Assembly: GCA_951406725.2 (NCBI GenBank) | Contig: OX597814.1 | Location: 26,474,001-26,538,000, forward strand | DNA: 64,000 nucleotides | Direction of reading: 5' to 3' | Source: Octopus vulgaris | Taxonomy: Eukaryota | Part shown: positions 1 to 12,990 of the stretch, one piece after another | Numbering within the stretch: the stretch's first letter is position 1 | How the letters are laid out: each line of letters starts with the position of its first letter | Translations under genes and position numbers: made by a program | Notes under the pieces: generated by a model | What the model saw: only the letters and a program-made list of their open reading frames with translations | Databases searched by the model: none | Told to the model about the DNA's origin: nothing

Positions 1-105
1 AAGCTATAATAGAAGACACTTGCCCAAGGTTCCACGCAGTCGGAATGAACCCAAAACCATGTGGTTGTTAAGCTAGCTACTTACCTCACAGCCAGTCCTG
101 TGCCT
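1..105 (-). mobile_element. 5' part of tRNA-derived Octopus OR-like SINE
   Basis: Minus strand reads AAGGCACAGGACTGGCTGTGAGGTAAGTAGC..GGTTTTGGGTTCATTCCGAC..ACCTTGGGCAAGTGTCTTCTATTATAGC, giving A/B-box-like motifs plus the family core seen in many other copies here. Confidence 0.8.
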
Positions 106-136
<31 letters not shown>

Positions 137-328
137 CTTAGGTCCTGGTAGGGTATTTCCAGAGAACCATTCAAGCTAAATTCTGGGCTATCATCACTGT
201 TGGATTCCAGACCAATGCTGGAATTCTTCAAGTTTAGTAAATCCTTGTTTCACGATGGTAACACCATTGTGTGTGTTTGGTGAAGAGTAAATTATAATCC
301 AAATACTAAGAAGACAGAAATTCTTTAA

Positions 329-474
329 CACATCTTTAATGATTTGTTACAATTGTTTCTGAACCAACTCTGCTTGCAATGCCTGTTTATGCAAAAATTT
401 AAAGTGAAAATTTACATAATGTTTGCAGTTTTAGACATTTGAATGGCACTTCATCAGACTTGTGCATCAAAGGT
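329..474 (-). ncRNA. Second copy of the hammerhead-like motif, in the left arm
   Basis: Minus strand: CTTTGATGCACAAGT-CTGATGA-AGTGCCA...TGGTTCA-GAAAC-AATT-GTA-ACAAATCATTAAAG. Confidence 0.55.
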
Positions 475-653
475 ATGCTATCACGTAGTGTGTTTTCCAG
501 ACATTATTTCTTGGTTATATCAGGATGAAACAAAAGTAAATAAAAGTGTGTTCAGAGGATGAATAATTAGCATAGAGATCATGAAGCGGGGGATAAAGCA
601 GAAAAATATTAAGAAGAAGTAAAAGGAGAAGAAAGACGTACAATGTAATAGAG

Positions 654-798
654 CACCTTTGATGCAAGTCTGATGAAGTGCCACTTAAATGTCTATAATC
701 GCACACATTACATAAATTTTCACATCAAATTTTTGCATAAACTGGCATTGCAAGCAGAGTTGGTGCAGAAACAATTGTAATGAATCATTAAAGATGTG
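654..798 (+). ncRNA. Type I hammerhead ribozyme-like motif with enlarged stem II
   Basis: CTGATGA at 670-676 and GAAAC at 768-772. Helix III is the palindrome ACAATTGT with a GTA cleavage triplet at 777-779. Stem II base GTGCCA/TGGTGC; distal stem I CTTTGATG/CATTAAAG. Confidence 0.6.
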
Positions 799-856
799 TT
801 AAAGAATTTCTGTTTTGTTATTATTTGAATTGCGTGTGTGTGTGTGTGTGTGTGTG

Positions 857-912
<56 letters not shown>

Positions 913-3900
913 GGGAAAGAGAGAGAGAAAGAGAGATAATCAGCCTTATTCTTTCATGATTAGTTTGTAATTAAATACTGACCAGCCGGTTTCCTAGAAG
1001 TAGTTAGTAGTAGTAGTTTCTTAATTAGGTGTGAAGTATTCATGAGGAAAAAACTGCCCAAAGCAAGGTCTGAACTTACAATCACAAAGCCAGACATTCA
1101 GTACCTTATCTACTTAAAATACTGTATAAAACAAAAGCTGCTGTCAATGTGGAATCCTTTATGTGGTCATTTAATCTTCTAGAAACAACAACCAAGTCTC
1201 CTTCAAATCAGACCCTATTGACTTAAATAAAGGATACATAGAATAATGTATCCTTAGGCAAATGACAACAACAATATGAACAATTACAGAAACAACAGTA
1301 ATAATCCTGCATAGACATTGAAATTTCATATGTAGAAGAGGGAGATTTCCAGTGCCATTCATATCTTTCTTAAAGATAAACAAACTAAGCAAAGCAGTTC
1401 TGTTTCGGAATTGAAATTGTATTAACTGACTGAAACAACTGCTGCAACACTCAAAAATTTACCAGATAACTGAATAAGTGAATGTTTTGGAATACAGGAT
1501 TTGTTCTGTTTTGTTTTAATTTTTGATGCAGCTGCTTCTTTTCACTTTTTTTCCAGTTTTATTTAGCTAACAGTCTTTTTGTTTCTTTGCTTGTTTTTCT
1601 TTTTCTTTTTGTTTCCTAGAATTAAACATTCATGGAAATTTTTTCCTTTTTTTTATTTCTACTGAATTAAGTCTCACCTCTTAAGTGAATTGGGTTAAAG
1701 TCAATACATTAACAACAACATTGATGTAGAGATGCTGGAGTGCTGACAATCCTAAGTAAATAGTACAGTGAATGGTTATTTTAGATTGTCTCATTGATCA
1801 ATGCTGACTAAATTGCTTAAGCTTTGTATAGTGACCTACCCACGGACACCATTTGCCTCTGCCCACCCAGCTTCACATATCATTATCAGTAGTTTTATCG
1901 TCGTGATCACATTAGTGGTGACAAACAGTTTACTTTGTTCCTACTAACATTGAATTCTCACTCAGACCACTCCCCACCTATCCAAAAATCAATTAATCTG
2001 TTTATTTAAGGCCTTATTGATTTTCTAGGACTCACTAATATTCAATCTTATTTATATATTTTTTTGTTTTTGTCGTCCTTTTGTTTCCTGTGCTTTTTCT
2101 ATTAATTTACCTCATCTCTTATTATCTAGTTTTTTACATTCTTCAGAGAAATACTCAGTTTGCAGAATTTTTTTTTTATTCTCATTTATGTTCCACTTAA
2201 CATTCTTCTATCATTTCAACAAGACTACCTTCTCATCACTTTTATAGATTCCCATTCTTCAATGTCTTCTCTTTCTGAAAAAAAAATGTTTTCTTCATTC
2301 CTCATCAGAAGCAGCTTAATATCTGTATCGTTGTTGTTGTTGCTCTTCTTGTTGGATAAGCTTCATCAACATTTGATTGAACCGATTAATGGTTGTGACA
2401 TAGAAATCCAACATATCAAATATGGCGTAAAATTTGGCTGCTTATCCCAGTCAGTATATCACTAGTGCTTACCTCATCAACTTTGAAAAGCTTAGTTAGA
2501 TTTTGGCAGGATTTCCATTGAGAAATCTTATCTAATGAACAGCTGAGATGGTCAGTCTTATATTCAGTCTAGACAAATCTGCTCTCTATCTCTCAGCTAT
2601 TACATTTTACATGCCCATTTTTAATTGTTTTTTTTTTATGCAGGCTGAGTTGAGTTGTTAAACAGTTTCCCTCTCCGTTAGTGCTTTATTCCTTTGCCAT
2701 TTTATCTATGAGATACCATTTTCTCACATTCACACCAACAAATCAGAAGAAATTGAGAAGAAATAAAGAGATATATAAAATGAAAGAAAAAAATCAATGG
2801 TCATTTGAGAAATCTAATGGTTCTTACAACTGTATTTCTCAACATAGTTGTGTAGTTTCTTTGAACTAAACCATATTCTGTGGTGTCCATTTTGGCGGCA
2901 GTCATCTTTTGTTTGAAGGCATGTTACATTGAAAGAAGCTCATTCAATTGTGCTTTTCCCTTTTGGCTAGTGTCTCCTTTTGTCTGCTCATATTCAGCAG
3001 CCATACATCTCTTCATGTAACTTCATTCCAGAAACCAGCTGCAGTTTTCACACTTGTCTGAAAAGCTGTAAATACATAGGTTTGCATGTTGAAGTTATAT
3101 GGTTCTCTCAGTTGTTATGCTAACTTTAGTCTTCAACATAGGAATTTTTTTTCCCTCCTTAGTAGATTTCCTCTTTAGTTTTCTGCAAATGATATGATTA
3201 TATTCATCTTTAATATTTGCATTGTTACTACTACTACTACTACTACTACTACAACTACTACGTGGTTGTGATGGTGATAGCCGTGATGACAGTAATGGTG
3301 ATGAGGACACTGGTGTTAAATTGTATAGTGAGCAAATTTGTGACTGGTTCTGTACTTGAAGAAAGTATCAATACATTTAATGCAAAGTGAACTTAATGTA
3401 TCTACTCAGAGCAATACTAATATGTACTCAATGAGATTAGATCTGCATTGCTACAATAGTTTCAAAGCACTTATATATCAGTAATGCCAATACATCTGTG
3501 ACAATGCAAGAAGATTTTTACTTCTTTCAACATATTAAACTTGCGTTTTCTTATTATTCACATGTTTAAAGCATGTGAAATATATTAACATTTGTATTTT
3601 CTCTTAACTATTTACATGTAAACCTATTAGTAATAGTTATTTTAGCTGTTATTTACTTTCTGCTAACATTAGACATGTTTCAGTCTTGATTTGACTGACC
3701 TCAGCAAATCATATTCTACTTGATTGATAAGACTTAGCATTATGGTAAAAAGACAGGAATATGTAGGATAGGCAGTGGGTGGAGAATGACTGGCAATGGC
3801 AGAGGTAGCCAAAAGTAAGGTTCAGTAAAAAGAAAAGAAAATATGATGGAAAAAGAACTATTTGAGTGAAGTTGAAGGAAAGGAGAGCAATTGGCAATAA

Positions 3901-5943
3901 TAGAGGTGGTCATGAGTTGAGATGGGTAAGTGACTGGCAATAGCAGAGGTGCTTCAAAAACAAAAGCCCTGATGAAAAATTTGAGTTCATGATTTAGGAT
4001 CAATTTCAGAATCATTTTGTCAATAATCTTAAACATGTCCAGTGTAAATTCAAAAAGTTATTTTAGAACCACTAATATTACCAGATGATTTGCACACAGA
4101 ATAAAAACTAAAAATAGTTTTGAATATTAGGGCTATCCCTTCCCTTCACTACTACCTTCTTTATATTCTGTACCCATATGAAAATTTCCCCACCACCCTA
4201 GGAGGTAATACTGACCACTTTCAGGAGCACTGCTTGACACAATCTCAACCATCACTATTCTCCTATATATCTATAATTGATTTTGTTTTACTGAGGAAGC
4301 CAGGAAATGTCCTTAGTATTTGTAAGAATTACTCTGAGGAAGCCAGGCAATGCCTGTAGTATTTGTTAGAATTCCTGTACTGGTGTGCAGATGGTTTTAG
4401 GCATAACTGGATAAGGTCCACACTATTAATGTAGGTCATATATTGCTGAGTAAATGAGAGAAGGGGTTGCTAGTTTTTCTGATCTTTTTATTGTTGTTGA
4501 AGTTTAAACAAACAGTGCAGGAAGTTTTCATGGAGGTTTATTTTGTCATGAACAGATTCAAAGGCTCTGTAGTAGACCCCACTCTGTTTCAGAGATAACC
4601 TCATAATTCCAACAGAAATGAGAAATACAAACATGTTTAAACCCATTTAATGACTATTGAATGTGACTTTCATCTTTTTCTTTTATTAGTTAGTAAGCCT
4701 ATTAAGTGGTAGGCTCTTGCCTACAAGTATTGAACAGTTTTCCTGTTTTATCACAACAATTTATTTTGACCTTTTGTTTTATATATAATTTTTTTCATAT
4801 GGTAGGTTGATTAAATGTCATGAAGGAATTGGGGGTAAATAATAGTTAGGACCTATTTTTTAAGGATTTTTCCTTTTTTTCCTATTTTCCATTTTTCCTT
4901 CTTTTTCTTTTAATTCCAATCTACTATTGATTGCCAAAATAATCCTTCTTTCCCTTTGGCATTATTCAATAAGGCAAGGTTCAACTAAAGTATCTTCTGC
5001 AATGATAATCAATCTCTTGTGTGGGTGTACTATGACAAAAATATAAGATTACTGTTATTCAACACTGCCATACAAAAGTAGTTTCCTCTGCCATACTATA
5101 TTTGATGATAATCTCTCCTTTTCTATAAACCTGTAATATTTACCAATGTTTCCTTTTTATGGTGTAATATTACACTTCCAAAAGAAAAAATAAATAAGTG
5201 CATAGTTAAAGAAGCTGATAGCTATAATAGTAACTGCATGACTGTAAGATCAATTCTAGTTTATTTCCACCTTAAAGTGCTGTGGTTACAGAAAGTGAGC
5301 AACATGTAGGTGAAATGTGAAAGTCTGGGGGTGATTTATTAGTGCAATATCTTTGCTAGATACATTAATTCATTAAAATATGCACCACAAGCAGCCACCT
5401 GAGATAATGCATCATTAATAAATCTAACTTTACCTTAAGCAGTTGCTTGCGTTTTCAATGGAGCGGTATATTTGATTTCCTTAAATGCTATATTTTATGT
5501 TAAGAGCTTATTAGAAATCTCACCTGGATGAGGAAATCATTCACAGTTGCAGAGTTCTTAATCTAATTGAGGTCAGTGCTTACAAATGCACAGAAAATAT
5601 TGCAGGCAGCAAAATGCTTTGAAATTAAAAGAAGATTATCCTGTTATTTCACCAGATTTTACATTATTTATCAATCAGTTCAACATTATGATTAATAATC
5701 TTCCTTAGTTTAAATCATTTCACTTCATTTCAGTTCATTTAACATCTTTTCCATGACTTTACAATATTTGCCTCAATCTATGTAATTGTAAAATAGACTG
5801 AATGTACTTCACACTTCACAGTTCAATAATTAGTGTTAGAAACATAATCCAGCAGTAAAATACACACACCAGCATCCATAAAAATGCTTGCAGATTTTGA
5901 ACTTATTGACTTTGATACAGTAAAAGAAGTTTAGATATAATAG

Positions 5944-6100
5944 CAGGCATGGATGTGTGGTTAACAAGTTTGTTTTGCAGCCATGTGAGTCTGGTTTCAT
6001 TGAAATTTCACTGCATAGCACTTTAGGCAAGTTTCTTTAGCTTGATCAATGATTTGAGAATGAGGTTTGGTAGATGGAAACAGTGCAGAAGCTAACTCTC
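5944..6100 (+). mobile_element. OR-like SINE, degenerate 5' part
   Basis: CAGGCATGGATGTGTGGTTAACAAGTTTG..GCACTTTAGGCAAGT..GGTTTGGTAGATGGAAAC, followed by (TG)n. Confidence 0.7.
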
Positions 6101-7209
6101 TGTGTGTGTGTGTTATGTGTTTATATTTGTATGTCTATCTTTATCTTTCAACAATATAATCAACACAAAATGCTAACATCTGCAAGATGTCAATCTGTGA
6201 GAAAAACAAAAAAATAGTACTTTCAAGCAAAATCCAAGTGATATTTGTTGTGATGATGTAGTACAGACAATCCCTCACTATCCTTATCATAAGTGTTGTG
6301 AATCAGTGATTTTTTCCATAGTAAATCTTTTACCAGCAATACTAGTGTTCACAAAATACAATAAAAATAATTTGCATGTGTGTCAGAAGGAAAAATAGTG
6401 AGTATTTCAGTCAAATTTATGTATTTCATAGCTTTTATCATTCATTCTTCTAAATATATCCAGTAGAAACGTTTTACAAACTCTTCAGAGCAACATTTCT
6501 CTCTTGTGAAAGATATTATACAATCAATCACGGCTGAGTCCATAAAGGAAATATACCCATGTAAGCTAGAAGACATAGTCAAGACACCCTCACAAAGTCT
6601 TGTACCAAAAGTTGTACACAAGACAATATGAAGTTGTTATTGGTAAACAACAAGACATTTATTCTATCTGTTTATTCCAATGAGTCTTCCTACATTTTTT
6701 TCAACCTCTTACCTTACATTTTTGTTTTGGCTAATTTTGTTACTTGTTACTTGCTTACAGCTTTCTTATTTCCAGTTTACTTTTGGTTTTTCTATTATTT
6801 CTGGGTTTTTGTTATTTCTTTTCATCCTCCAAATATATTTCTGTTGCACAGTTTCTTTTCTTTTTCTCACTCTCTCTCTCTCTCCTTTTCCTCATTCTCT
6901 CTCTAATTTATTTTTCACTTAATGCTCAAAGACAATCAAAGCATTAGAATACAATAACAAAATATTGAAAAAAAAAGAGAAAGAAAACTGTATATTTTGT
7001 ATTGCTTCTTTTTCTTCTTATTCCATTTTGGTTATGTTTTAGTGTACACTCAATCACTTGATATTTTCTTAAGGAAATGATAAAATAATATTAAGATTCT
7101 GATATCTTGTGAATAAAACATATACGATACCAAGTGTAATTATTATCAGTTTCAAATAAACAAACAATATTACATGTGTCTGTATATACAATATTAGTGT
7201 GTCACTTTA

Positions 7210-7276
<67 letters not shown>

Positions 7277-7519
7277 ATGTGTGAGTGTGTATGCATGCCT
7301 GTGTTCATTCAAATTTGCGGCTTCACTCCATCACTAGTTAGAATGCTTAGAATCATGATGGAGTGACATCTCAGCTCCAGAGGATTCAATTAATTCTGCC
7401 ATGTGTATCAAGTAGTTTTTTTTATTTAACATTTGTACATTCATGTGTGTGAATGTCTAATACACAAACACACACACACACACACACATGTATGTATGTT
7501 TGTCATTTGTTTTTACATC

Positions 7520-7817
7520 ATAGCTACATGGTTAAGTAGTTTTCTTTGCAGCCACATGGTATCAGGTTCTGTCAAACTGTGCAGCACCCTGGCAATTGTT
7601 TTCTACTATACCCCCAAGCTGATCAATGCCACATGACTTAATCTGGTAAAGAGAAACTTTGTAGAAGCCCATGTTTATGTGTGTGTGGTAAGAAATTTGC
7701 TTCCAAACCACAAGGTTCCACCACATGTCACCTGGGTCTTCTATGATAGCCTTGAGATAATCAAAGCTTTGTGAGTGGATTTGGTAGTCAGAAACTGAAA
7801 GAAGCCTGTTATGTGTG

Positions 7818-7878
<61 letters not shown>

Positions 7879-8115
7879 GTGTGTGTGTGCGTGTGTGTAT
7901 GGTGTGTGTGTGCCTGTCTTTGTCCCCCAACACTGCTTGAAAACTGGTGATGGTCTATTTACTTTCCCTTAACTTAGCAGTTCAGCAAAAAGAGATCCAA
8001 TAGAATAATTCCATGCTTAAAAATAAGTACAGGAGTTAATTTGTTTGAATTAACCTTCAAGGCAGTCCTCCCGCATGTCTGCAGTCCAATGACTTAAACA
8101 AGTAAAATAAAAGAT
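7520..8115 (+). mobile_element. Two tandem OR-like SINEs, the second near full length with internal (TG)n
   Basis: GTGTGGTAAGAAATTTGCTTCCAAACCAC..GTGAGTGGATTTGGTAG..GAAACTGAAAGAAGCC..(TG)n..TAACTTAGCAGTTCAGCAAAAAGAG..AAACAAGTAAAATAAAAG. Confidence 0.85.
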
Positions 8116-8122
8116 ATACTCA

Positions 8123-8802
8123 TGTATGGGAAGAAGTATGCTTCCTAAACACATGGTTCTAGATCAGAGGTTCTCAAACTTTTTGGGCCCCCTTCATGGT
8201 CATATAATGTCCTCAGCGCCCCCACCTTATTTTTATGTATAAATAAATATTTAATATTTTACTAATTTATATATACTATGAATCAGTTGATATTTAATAT
8301 AATATTATATAATTTGTATACAATACTATAATAATATTATAAATTCATAGTATCCCCCAGTTTACTGCCTTCCTCCCAATGCCTCCCTTTTCTCTATCTC
8401 CCTCTTGCACCGCCCCCATAGACACCAGTACCCACCTGGACCCTCTCAATGCCCACGGGGGGTGGGGGGTGGCAGTAGCGCCAACTTTGAGAACCTATGT
8501 TCTAGATTGTTCTACTATGTTGCACCTTGAGCATGTGTCTTCTATGATAGCTATGGGGTGACCCAAGACTTAGAAGCCCATCATGTATGTGTCTTTATGT
8601 TTGTCCCCACCACCACTTGAAAACTGGCGTTGGTTTGATAACTTCCCAATAACTTAGTGGTTCAATAAAAAAGAACAATAGAATAAAGTATTAATAAATA
8701 CTAGACTTTAAAAAAATAAATAATAAAGTTGATTTGTTTGACTAAATACTTAAAGATAATGCTCCAATATGAATGCAGTCTAATGAATGAAACAAGTAAA
8801 AG
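8123..8802 (+). mobile_element. OR-like SINE interrupted by a hAT MITE
   Basis: The SINE head (AAGAAGTATGCTTCCTAAACACATGGTTCTAG) resumes after 8507 with GCACCTTGAGCATGTGTCTTCTATGATAGC and ends in GAAACAAGTAAAAG. Confidence 0.8.
8165..8499. mobile_element. hAT (Charlie/Buster-type) MITE
   Basis: Terminal inverted repeats (TIRs) CAGAGGTTCTCAAAC / CTTTGAGAACCTATG. Exact 8-bp TSD TTCTAGAT at 8157-8164 and 8500-8507. Confidence 0.9.
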
Positions 8803-9057
8803 GTGTATATATGTATGTGTGTGCTTGTATTTGTCTCTACATTACTTGGCAACCAGTGTTCTTTTGTCTGTGTCCCTGTAACTAACTGGGTCAACAAAAA
8901 AGAAAGTGATAGAATTAGTACAAGACTTAAAATATGTACTAAGGCTGATTTTTTTTACTAAACTCTTCCAAATTCAGTGCATAGTAGAAGGCAAGTGCCT
9001 TCTACTATGGCCTCAGGCCACCAAAGTCTTGTCAGTGAATTTGGTTGATAGAAACAG

Positions 9058-9415
9058 CCAGGTGCAGTGGTATCACTGGAAGACTAACTGAGAAAATAGT
9101 CTTTACATGTGGCAGATGTGCAGGTACATTAAAGACCAGGAATGTACAAAAATAGACTCTCTCAAATGGAAGATCCTTGAAAACAGTAGACAGTTTTTGT
9201 TACTTAGGTGACCAAGTTAGTAGTGAGGTAAGTAGACAGTAGACAGTTTTTGTTACTTAGGTGACCAAGTTAGTAGTGAGGTAAGTTGTTCTAAAAGCAT
9301 AGCTACTAGAATAAGAATAGGTTGGGTGAAGTTCAGATAGCTACTACCCTTGTTAGCAAAAAAGACCTCTTCCTCAGAGTGAAAGGCAGACTGTATGATG
9401 CCTGTGTACAAACAT
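9058..9415 (+). pseudogene. RTE-clade LINE reverse transcriptase C-terminal fragment, degenerate
   Basis: Translates with shifts and stops to RCSGITGRLTEKIVFTCGRCAG...FCYLGDQVSS..IATRIRIGWVKFR*LLPLL..LRVKGRLYDACV, which is typical RTE sequence from the F.YLG motif onward. Confidence 0.85.
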
Positions 9416-11711
9416 GTGTCCAAACAATCAAAACTGTGCATGCACACATCCACGTACCCAGAGAGGTGCACAAAGTGCATACTTACACATGTCTCTCAAG
9501 CATACAACACACCACTCATACTTCATTCCAAAGATTATATCTAAGTGCTTTGATGAGAGACAGAGAGTTTTAATTTAAATCTTGCCAATATCATTTCATT
9601 ATAATCTAAGGGTAAGGCAATATTCTCTTTGTGTAAGAATATTTTGCTGTAAAACTTCCTTTAATTTTTTTATGGTTGTCCTTTACAAAGATGTTTAGTG
9701 TTGTGTTTGTTGCTTAACCCAAGGCCAGTTTTGATCGAATAAAACTATGATGAAAAACGTTCTGGTCCTAATTATCTTAGGGATGACATTATCTAATGAA
9801 TGATTCAAGAAAACAGTATGTGATTACTGAGGGAGATTTGGCTTCTATTTCTCTGTTGAGCCTTCTTCAATAAATTATGTTTAGTACTGTTGAAGTACAT
9901 TATGTAATAACTCATGTAAATACATATTTAGGCAGAAGTAACAAGGACAGATTAAAAAAGTAGTAAAAAAGAAAACAATAACAGAACCACTTTTTTTCCA
10001 AGTGTCTTTTTTTGTATCTAAATATATTCCAATGTACGAGCGAAATGGCCTGGGTAATAAGGTATCATGAATCATGAATTCTGATCCATTACAGATATAA
10101 CCATTGAATTTTATGATAGGACACTTAATTCTGTATACCTCAATTTATCTAGATGTCATTCAAGTAAAAGGTAACATGGTTTGGGGGAAAAATTACATAT
10201 GAAAATCTATAATTTTATTCAAATGGGAAATTTATATACATATCATCTGTTTAATGCTTCCGAAAAATACTGAAGTTAATCAACAGCCATGTGGATTCTC
10301 ATATCAGCGCTAAATAAACATTTGGAATATATAAGGATTCATTAAAAGTAATTCAATTTTGATATTAACTATATTTTAGCAACAATATATTTCACCATTT
10401 ATTGGATATCTGTTTCTGCTCCAATGCTTTTCATTTTGATATGTTAAATTAACACTCATCTTTCCAATGCATTATTTTTTCAACATATTTATTTCCATTT
10501 AGATTGTTGTAACCATTGAGTCTGTTGCTTTATCAATTATAGAAAAGATTATGTCAATTTTGAACCCCCTTATTTTTCTCTTGTATTATTAGAACTTCCC
10601 AAAGCCAGTAGTAGCTATCAAAATAATCTCTTTGCTACCAGTAACAAACCAAATTCTGGTCTAAGCTTTACCTAACTGCTTTAATACTCTTCCTACAATA
10701 AGTTATGTTCTACCATCTCTCTACCTGTCTATCCTTGCTTCTTAACTTATTGTATAGTCCAACATGATGTTTTCTTCTAGTAAGCTACTTATGGATGAAG
10801 AAACATTCTGGTTGTTTAAAAGGTATGCTAACTGAAATAAACAAATTCATTTTGTGTGTGTGTGTGTATGTATGTATATGTATATATATATATATATGTA
10901 TATATATATGTCTGTCAGTGTGTATGTGAGAGAAAGAGAGAGTGAAAAAAGAGAGAATATGAGAGAGTGGGAAAGAGAGAGATTTATGTTCTTAAAGAAA
11001 GCAAAGAACTTGTAGCATCAAGAGATTAACATGGATTATAGTAACTGATTCTTTTTCTCTGCTAGTGAGGAATGATAGTTCATCTATAATATTTATCTTG
11101 TAACACGATAATTGCTTTGAAAGGTAATTGCTGATACTTCTAAGATGCGTTAATCTGACAAGTTGTAACCTTGCTAGTAAGGTTAATTCCCTTTCATCTT
11201 AAACAGTATCCACTGTTTAAATCTTCTAATCCTACTAGAAAACATGCAACTGTTTCTACCATCATATTCATATCATACTGAACGATATGAACATGATGGC
11301 TGAAGCATTTATACAAGCTTTCATATTGCTGAATTTGTAAGTTCTGTTTTGGTTGGTAATATTAGTTACAGATTAGGTGATCAAGTTACTTGGGACTGAA
11401 ATTTAACCCTTAATCAATAATTTTTCTTTTCATCATTAACTTCATCTTTTTAACATTCTTGAAGATCTCACTAACCAGGTTGCAAATATGCAGCAAAGGA
11501 CTTAGAACCTAACTTCTCATCATCATCATACACCAACTTTCCATGCTGGCATAGACTTGTTGTTATGGTCCAAGTTAGATCCTTTTTGAGGGTTACTTCC
11601 TTGTAGCTAGATCAGAGGACCAAGTTTCACTTGTACATTTCAATTTTGACATGGTAACCATGACTGGATGAGCACTTGTAACTTGCCTTGTACCCCCTGA
11701 TATTAGAACCG

Positions 11712-11712
<1 letters not shown>

Positions 11713-11785
<73 letters not shown>

Positions 11786-11817
11786 CATTATTGTCGTTGT
11801 CGTCATTATTATTACTG

Positions 11818-11851
<34 letters not shown>
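11713..11851. repeat. (ATT)n microsatellite
   Basis: Long ATT tract; it explains the poly-N ORF in the track. Confidence 0.95.
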
Positions 11852-11852
<1 letters not shown>

Positions 11853-12519
11853 AGTTAATGATAAAGTGAAAGAGAATATAACAATAAATGTATTTTTAAT
11901 TCTGACAAAGCTTCTGCCATGGTGCAATTGCTTTAATCCCAACACTTGCCAAACAAGTGCAAATAATGTCTTAAAAGAACAAAAATCATGTTGCTTTTAT
12001 TTTTCATCAAACTTACATAACATATATATGTGTAGTAGCAGCATACATAGCTGCTATTTTTTACATATGTAAAAATATCTGAGTCATTTATAGATGATGG
12101 AAATAGAATGTTATGATGTTCATACCTTTCCTGTCAACATTATTGATGTAAGAATAATGTTTCAATTTAACAAGGAATCTAAAGTGGATCAGATTCAGCA
12201 TTCAGAGAGTTTTATGTCATATCAGTCTTTAGCAATAATATATATCCTTATATAATCCTTGTTTAGATGTGACAATTGATAGTGTTCATTGATAGTGTCT
12301 TCATATTTTGGTTTAAAATCTGCTTTTACCCTAAAGGCTGAATTGCACTTAAAGGAAGGAATGGAATGAATTAACAGATGTTATTGTCAGGAATGGGATA
12401 CAAGACTTCTTCAATAACACATAAGTATTTACTGCTGTAACAGTTATTAATTTTATTACAAAACTAAAACTAATAATGATGATGATGACGACGATGATGA
12501 TAACAACTATGATGAAGAT

Positions 12520-12990
12520 TGTTCCAAATTTTTGGACAAGACTAGTAATTTTAGGAGAAAGAGGTTAGCTGATTACTTCAACTCCAGCTCTTGTCAGGTA
12601 TTTCATTTTTTGATACTGTAGAGATAAAAGGTAAAGTTAACTTCAGAGGGATTTGAACTCAGAACATAAAAATCTGGAAGAAGTATCACTAAGCATTTTG
12701 TCCAACATGCCAACAATTCTGCCAACTTGTTATTTTTATAACAGAAACAAATAAATAAATGAATATTAATGATGATAATCTTTTCTACTAAAGGCACAAG
12801 GCCTGAAACTTTAGGAGTAGGGGGCTAGTCAATTTCATCAACCTCAGTGCTTGACTGGTACTTATTCTATCAACCCTGAAAAAATGAAAGGCAAAGTAGG
12901 ACTTTGCAGAATTTGAATTCAGAATGTAAGGACAAACAAAATGCCACTCAGCATTTTGCCCTGTGTGCTAATGATTCTGCCAGCTTGCAT
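12520..12990 (-). mobile_element. Two tandem Meta/MESC-domain tRNA SINEs
   Basis: Minus strand: GCTGGCAGAATCATTAGC..GAATTCAAATTC..TTTGCCTTTCATTTTTTCAGGGTTGATAGAATAAGTACCAG..GGCCTTGTGCCTTTAGTAGAAAAG. Confidence 0.8.

Larger units (their letters stand above)
296..831. repeat. Long inverted repeat (arms ~296-482 and ~647-831), Penelope-like inverted terminus
   Basis: ACAGAAATTCTTTAACACATCTTTAATGATT..GGCACTTCATCAGACTTG is the reverse complement of CAAGTCTGATGAAGTGCC..AATCATTAAAGATGTGTTAAAGAATTTCTGT. Confidence 0.92.

Noticed and set aside
11703-11945. Poly-Asn ORFs (also 33686-33919)
   Set aside because: They come from (AAT)/(AAC) microsatellites.
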